From Pirellulales bacterium (GTDB taxonomy: Bacteria; Planctomycetota; Planctomycetia; Pirellulales; JAICIG01), in assembly GCA_040901675.1 (NCBI GenBank), contig JBBDYJ010000042.1:1-64000 (forward strand): DNA of 64,000 nt, read 5' to 3'. The notes beneath the pieces were generated by a model, which saw nothing but the letters and a program-made list of their open reading frames with translations, was not told where the DNA came from and did no database searches. Positions 59,201-64,000 of the stretch are shown here, piece after piece. The stretch's first letter is position 1. Each line of letters begins with the position of its first letter. A program made the position numbers and the translations under genes.

Positions 59201-61102
59201 ATGCTTCGGACTTCCTCGGCTCACCGTGCCGTAAGCTCGGACCGAAAACACGTTGGGCGGCATCAATGCGGTTGTGAACTATTGGAGCCGCGGTTGATGC
59301 TGTATGCCCTGTCGGGGCGGGAATGGGCCAACACTGACGTGTCGGCCAGCTTTTTGCCCGATGGGACACCGACGGAAGGATATCTCAGCGGCCTGTTCGC
59401 CGAGCTCGACCCGGTGGCGCCGCGCGAGGTGTGGCAGCGGGAGTTCGCCCGCGCCTTGCAGACCTGGGCCAACGCGTCGAACTTGAACTTCCGCTTCGTC
59501 GCCGACGACGGTTCGCCGACCGGCACCAGCGGGCTGGCCCAGGGCGACAGCCGCTTTGGCGACATCCGCCTCGGCGCGCATCCGCTCGACGGTTACGTGG
59601 CTTACGCCTACTATCCCAGCGGGACGACCAAGGGAGGCGACATCACGATCAACCCGGGCTACACGTTCAAGATCGGCACGCACATCGACCTCTACTCGGT
59701 GCTGTTGCATGAAGCGGGCCATGCCATCGGCCTGGACCACAGCGTGTCGGGCACGGTGATGTATTCCACGATCAAGGGCGTGTACACGGGGCTCACGGCC
59801 GACGACGTCGCCGGGGTGCAGGCCATCTATGGCGCCCGCGCGCACGACAGCTACGACGCCGCGGCCCCCAACGACTGTTTTGATACCGCTGCCGCGCTGG
59901 CACTCGATTCGCTCAACATCGCGCTGCGGGCAGACCTGACCAGCCTGGCCGACGTCGATTACTACCAGATCAGCCTTCCGGACGGTTCGGACGGGACGTT
60001 GAGCGTCTCGGTCGATGCCCGGGGCGTGAGCCTGCTGGCGCCCAAGTTGTCGATCTACGACTCTGCCTGGAACCTGCTGGCCGTGGCCGACGCAGGCGGC
60101 AACTACGGCTCGGTGGCCGGCATTGAGCTGGCCGGCCTGGCCGCCGGACAAACGCTGTACGTCGTGGCCGACGGTGCGGTGGACGATGCGTTCGGCATGG
60201 GCGCCTATTGGTTGAATATCATGGCAGGGGGCAATGTTCCTTCGCCCGAACCCGAGCCGGAGCCGGAGCCCGGGCCCGGGCCCGCCGGCGATCGTTTCGA
60301 AGTCAACGACACATTCTCGATGGCGAGCAACCTGGGCAAGTTCAACAGCCAAACGCAGACGGACCTCTCGATCCATACGGCGACGGATGTCGATTACTAC
60401 CGCTTTACCGTGGCCAAGAGCGGCACGTTCCGGGTCTCGATTCAATTCGCACACTCGGCCGGCAACCTGGACATGGTGGTCTACGACTCCGCCCAGCGCG
60501 TATTGGCCAGCGGCAGCTCGCTCTCGGACAACGAATCGGTGACGTTGAGCCTCTCTTCCGGGCAGACTTATTACGTGGGTGTTGCCAGCCCAAGCGGTGC
60601 CCAGAACGTCTACGACCTGGCAATCGCCAAGTCGAATGGCGGCGGAGGGGGCAAGGGGGGCGGCGCAATGATGGGGCCTGATATCGGACATGGGACCGAC
60701 GCCGCCGGGTTCGAAGCCGATCACGACCATGACCACCACGGTGATCATGGCATCGAGCCGCAACTCCTCGTCGGCCACTCAGACGATGGCTACGATCGCC
60801 TGGCCTCCATAAGGTGGAAGCCGGACGCAGCATACCACGCCTGGGACGTGCTCGGCCGTGGAAACGAGCAGGCAAGCGACCGGCAGCAGTGGGGCACCCA
60901 GATGGGCCAGGACCTCGCTGACCCGGATTGGGCGCAGGCGGACCAGGCGGCGAACACCCTGGTGCTTCCACTCGGCTGGGCGGAGCGCCAGGCACAGCCG
61001 GCCGCGTCGCGAGAGCGTGACGCAAACGGCCCAGTCGATGACGACTGGGCCGATGCCATGGTCGAAGTGCTGGTTTTCGAGAAGCTGTCAGGCGACGGCT
61101 AG
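59201..61102 (+). CDS. Matrixin metalloprotease with two PPC-like domains and His/Asp-rich tail, paralog 2
   Basis: ELLEPRLML, HEAGHAIGLDH, TVMY, DVDYY twice, PEPEPEPEPGP linker and DHDHDHHGDH. GGAG RBS before 59201. Confidence 0.9.
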   Translation: MLRTSSAHRAVSSDRKHVGRHQCGCELLEPRLMLYALSGREWANTDVSASFLPDGTPTEGYLSGLFAELDPVAPREVWQREFARALQTWANASNLNFRFVADDGSPTGTSGLAQGDSRFGDIRLGAHPLDGYVAYAYYPSGTTKGGDITINPGYTFKIGTHIDLYSVLLHEAGHAIGLDHSVSGTVMYSTIKGVYTGLTADDVAGVQAIYGARAHDSYDAAAPNDCFDTAAALALDSLNIALRADLTSLADVDYYQISLPDGSDGTLSVSVDARGVSLLAPKLSIYDSAWNLLAVADAGGNYGSVAGIELAGLAAGQTLYVVADGAVDDAFGMGAYWLNIMAGGNVPSPEPEPEPEPGPGPAGDRFEVNDTFSMASNLGKFNSQTQTDLSIHTATDVDYYRFTVAKSGTFRVSIQFAHSAGNLDMVVYDSAQRVLASGSSLSDNESVTLSLSSGQTYYVGVASPSGAQNVYDLAIAKSNGGGGGKGGGAMMGPDIGHGTDAAGFEADHDHDHHGDHGIEPQLLVGHSDDGYDRLASIRWKPDAAYHAWDVLGRGNEQASDRQQWGTQMGQDLADPDWAQADQAANTLVLPLGWAERQAQPAASRERDANGPVDDDWADAMVEVLVFEKLSGDG

Positions 61103-61834
61103 CTTGCGGCGGAAGCGGCGGTAACCTGCCAGCGAGAGCATGGCGAAGGCGCAGAGCGTCATCGACGACGGCTCAGGTACGACGCCACCACCGCCACCGT
61201 CGGGGGGCTCGTTGACGAAGCCCTCGCTTCCGCCACCGGCAAAGCCCTGAACTTTGATACCGATACGCAAACCGCCCGCGGCCCCTCCAAGATCAAGGGA
61301 GTCGAGCACGGAGGCGTAGGTCTGGTTGTTAATCAAATCGAAGACGATCTCCAGGAATTCATCGGGATTGATGCCGTTGGCCTGAACCGGTGAGTCGGAG
61401 TCGGCCGAGAAACCAGCCGTCGTCTCAAACGGAGGAGAAATGTTATTGGCCCCGACAAGCTCACCGGGAGTCGCACCCTGCGAAAACGCGACCCCGAGGC
61501 CGTTGATAATGTCAGCGATACCGAACAACGTGCCATCATCGAAGTACACATCGGTGATCGACGAAGCCTCGGGACCTATGTTCCGGAAGACGAACTTGAC
61601 CTGATCAAGATCAACTCCAACGTCCGTCACGTCCACAAACAACTGGGCCTCGCCGATCGCCGCGTCGGTCGCGTTGTTGTTGGTGATGTTCGAAAAGCCG
61701 AGCGTGATCATGGCGGCCGAGGCGGGGACCTCCGCTCGGCCGGAGAGGCAAAGGGCCAGCGCGCACACCGCGAAGCCAAACAACCTTCTCCGAATAGCAA
61801 GCGGCTTCGCCCGCGTCCGCACAATGGCTATCAC
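61088..61834 (-). CDS. PEP-CTERM sorting-domain surface protein
   Basis: Signal peptide, acidic beta-rich body, and GGGGG-VPEPSS, TM, RRFRRK C-terminus. AAGGGG RBS before the GTG. Confidence 0.92.
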   Translation of the reverse strand: MIAIVRTRAKPLAIRRRLFGFAVCALALCLSGRAEVPASAAMITLGFSNITNNNATDAAIGEAQLFVDVTDVGVDLDQVKFVFRNIGPEASSITDVYFDDGTLFGIADIINGLGVAFSQGATPGELVGANNISPPFETTAGFSADSDSPVQANGINPDEFLEIVFDLINNQTYASVLDSLDLGGAAGGLRIGIKVQGFAGGGSEGFVNEPPDGGGGGVVPEPSSMTLCAFAMLSLAGYRRFRRKLAVA

Positions 61835-62031
61835 TTCGAACCCCTTAGTTGCTGCTCAAAGGCCTCTGCGACATCGGAGGGCGCACCACCGGCGCCTGCC
61901 AGCCCAGACGGAAGTAGTCTGATCGGCCAGCCCCCCCAAATCAACTGTTTGGTTGCTGTTTTGCGCAACTTCGCAATCGCGACGGGGTTTCGCGCAAATG
62001 ACAGTTCCGAAGAACAGCGGCGGGATGCGCC

Positions 62032-62880
62032 CTAAGAGCCGACGCCGTTTGCTCTTATGCCTACGAAGGTGGCGATCGGCCGCTGGCCGCCCACAACACA
62101 GCCGGAGCGTGGCAAGGCCCTCGACGCGCCGAGGAACAGCGTGCTGGAGCCGCCCCCGTCGAGGGGGATCGCGTCGAGTGCGCCCCGACTGGCCAGCGTG
62201 GCTGCGGCAAGCTGAAACGTTGCGCGCTCGAAAACGGCCAGCCAGAGTAGTTTTTTGTCCCGGTCGATGCCGAGCAGGGTCCGGCGGTCCGGCCGCTGGG
62301 CGGGCCAAGGCCGGGGACGCCCATCGCGGAGGACAACGGCCTGGCCGCCGATGGCGAAGCGGGCCCGCTCCAACGCGGACTGCGGCGGCGGCTTGGTTGC
62401 CTCGACTCGCGGGACCAGCTTGGCGTCGAACCAGAGTAAGTAGCTGTGCGGGTCGACGTGATTCGTTTGGTTTTCAGCCACGACGGTTTCGCCGCCGCGG
62501 GCCCAGTCGCCGGCCATAGGCAGCAAGAACGAGTCGGGCCTGAACAACGCCCCGTTCACGACAACCGCCAGGTTCTCGTCGCGGGCGACCCGCTCGGCAT
62601 GCGCGAGACGATACTCGTGGCCCTGCGCGGCAGCCGTTGGATCGGTGGGGGTCAGGTACAAGTCGATGCCCGGCGCAGCCAAATCGACGCGGACCATGTG
62701 GGCCAGGCCTCCCCCCTCGGCGCTTTCCGGCAGGCGGGTGCACTCATAGGTCACCCCGCGAAAGATCTCGACGGGAGGCATGACGCGGGCGCCCGCGATG
62801 CGCCGGTCTTCCCAATTGGCCAAGGCCAGCAGGCCGAGCCAGAACAGGGCGTGCAAGTGGCGGCTGACGCCCAAAAGCAT
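62032..62880 (-). CDS. Phosphodiester glycosidase (NAGPA/DUF2233) family protein
   Basis: VVNGALF, RRTLLGID and AIPLDGGGSSTL; N-terminal hydrophobic segment. Confidence 0.8.
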   Translation of the reverse strand: MLLGVSRHLHALFWLGLLALANWEDRRIAGARVMPPVEIFRGVTYECTRLPESAEGGGLAHMVRVDLAAPGIDLYLTPTDPTAAAQGHEYRLAHAERVARDENLAVVVNGALFRPDSFLLPMAGDWARGGETVVAENQTNHVDPHSYLLWFDAKLVPRVEATKPPPQSALERARFAIGGQAVVLRDGRPRPWPAQRPDRRTLLGIDRDKKLLWLAVFERATFQLAAATLASRGALDAIPLDGGGSSTLFLGASRALPRSGCVVGGQRPIATFVGIRANGVGS

Positions 62881-62910
62881 TTTGTTCTACAGCAGGCTAT
62901 TCAAGTGAAG

Positions 62911-63243
62911 TCAAGCGGCCCACCTCGATGCCTGGCGCGCCTTGTCGCGGCTAAGGTCGGCCAGGATCGACTGCACGACCCGCTCGCCAGCATGCGCGAC
63001 GAGCAACGGCACAAGCCCCGCAGCCAGGCGGCCCTCGGTGGCCAGCAGGGCTTTGACCTGCGAGCGGACCACCGGCGTCGCCTTGGCACGAATATAACCT
63101 CGGGCCTCGGCCTTGGGGATAGGCACCGCCTGAGGGTCGACGGTTTCACGGACGAACGGATAGGCGCGGGCGGCAATCTGCCGGGACAGTTCGGCGACTG
63201 ACTGGCGTTGCCACAGGCTCTTCAGCAGACGGAAGAGGCTCAT
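62911..63243 (-). CDS. Small basic hypothetical protein
   Basis: MSLFRLLKSLWQ...AEARGYIRAKA...RWAA; helical, co-oriented with the NAGPA-like gene. Confidence 0.55.
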   Translation of the reverse strand: MSLFRLLKSLWQRQSVAELSRQIAARAYPFVRETVDPQAVPIPKAEARGYIRAKATPVVRSQVKALLATEGRLAAGLVPLLVAHAGERVVQSILADLSRDKARQASRWAA

Positions 63244-63508
63244 AGGGGCGGATGATCGTTGGGTAGGGTTCGGGGCAAGGGCGCGCGTGTGCCGTTGTGG
63301 GCGTCGTGCGGCGGGCGGCGTGAGCCGGCTACGAGTAGGCATCGAACCGCAGCGGGTGGTTTCTTCAGCCGTTCTGCGGCGGTCCGTTTTCAAGCCGGCG
63401 CTATTGCCAGGGCCTAGTGCCAATTTGTGCCGTTGGCTGCGTGCTCCGATCATGGCAAAGTGGCCTGATCCATCGGTAAGGCATTGCAGTCAAAGGCGAT
63501 ACGTCCCC

Positions 63509-63538
63509 TTGACCAGTGGCCGGGCAATATCCTAAGTT
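63509..63538 (+). promoter_or_regulatory. Candidate sigma70 promoter for tRNA-Cys
   Basis: TTGACC-N18-TAAGTT ending 13 bp before the tRNA. Confidence 0.5.
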
Positions 63539-63551
63539 AACATCTTCGTTT

Positions 63552-63623
63552 GGCGCTGTAGCCAAGAGGCTAAGGCAGCGGATTGCAAATCCGCCATCGT
63601 GGGTTCGACTCCCACCAGCGCCT
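63552..63623 (+). tRNA. tRNA-Cys (GCA), CCA not encoded
   Basis: Acceptor stem GGCGCTG/CAGCGCC with discriminator U, anticodon arm GCGGA-TTGCAAA-TCCGC, and T-arm GTGGG-TTCGACT-CCCAC. Confidence 0.97.
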
Positions 63624-63626
63624 CTT

Positions 63627-64000
63627 TCAGTTGGCCCTTGCGGCATCGGTACTTGCGGCTTGCCCCGCCTCTGCTCGATGGGTTGAATCGTGGCCAGTGA
63701 TACCCAAAGTGATACCTGACGCCTGATTTCCTGTCGCCTTCGCGTGGGCCTCCCAAAGCACGTCGGCGGCGGTCTGCGCGTTGCGTCCCACGTAGTACCT
63801 CATGGTCGTGTCGATGCTCTCGTGCCGCATCAGGACCATGAGCAACTGCGGCATCACGCGGGCGGCCCAGCGCTCGCCGAACGACCGCCGCAGGTCGTGC
63901 GCGCTGGCGAACTTCACCTTGCCGCTGGTCGAGACCTTCACGCCGGCCGCCTTGCCGATGTCCGACAGCACGCGGGCCACGGTGCCGACGCTCAACCTGG
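63627..64000 (-). CDS. Tyrosine recombinase/integrase, C-terminal part (5' end outside the window)
   Basis: SAHDLRRSF (H-x-x-R) and LMRHESIDTTMRYY (His and catalytic Tyr). Stop codon is 3 bp from the tRNA 3' end. Confidence 0.9.
   Translation of the reverse strand, partial: RLSVGTVARVLSDIGKAAGVKVSTSGKVKFASAHDLRRSFGERWAARVMPQLLMVLMRHESIDTTMRYYVGRNAQTAADVLWEAHAKATGNQASGITLGITGHDSTHRAEAGQAASTDAARAN

Overview
High-GC bacterial DNA, very probably a planctomycete (Pirellulales-like). The evidence is a DUF1559 protein, 'E-x-LEPR-x-LL' extracellular leaders, a membrane/LRR protein and abundant small palindromic repeats. Positions 263-41233 are almost all on the minus strand and hold two large clusters. 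(1) A respiratory supercluster (41233->16570): Rieske protein, split b6f-like cytochrome b and subunit IV, a 1501-aa octaheme cytochrome c with a coiled coil and PDZ-like domain, two cupredoxin-like paralogs, a diheme c lipoprotein, an A2-type aa3 oxidase with heme A and heme O synthases, then an ABC pair, SCO, DUF420 and a CxxC mini-protein. A ~3 kb accessory patch interrupts it. (2) A nine-gene MoxR/DUF58/vWA cluster of unknown function (16383->263) with beta-propeller, coiled-coil, prenyltransferase-fold and NPCBM proteins. The right third holds a DUF4392 gene, purD, an LRR protein, pyrB-pyrC-NYN, a GGDEF protein, an ABC trio, xdhC-mocA, two tandem matrixin proteases, a PEP-CTERM protein and a NAGPA-like protein. 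It ends with tRNA-Cys abutting the 3' end of a tyrosine integrase, probably the edge of an integrated element. Several REP/BIME/MITE-like repeat families are present, some with compensatory base changes. There is no CRISPR array. All assignments come from reading motifs by eye; no database search was run.
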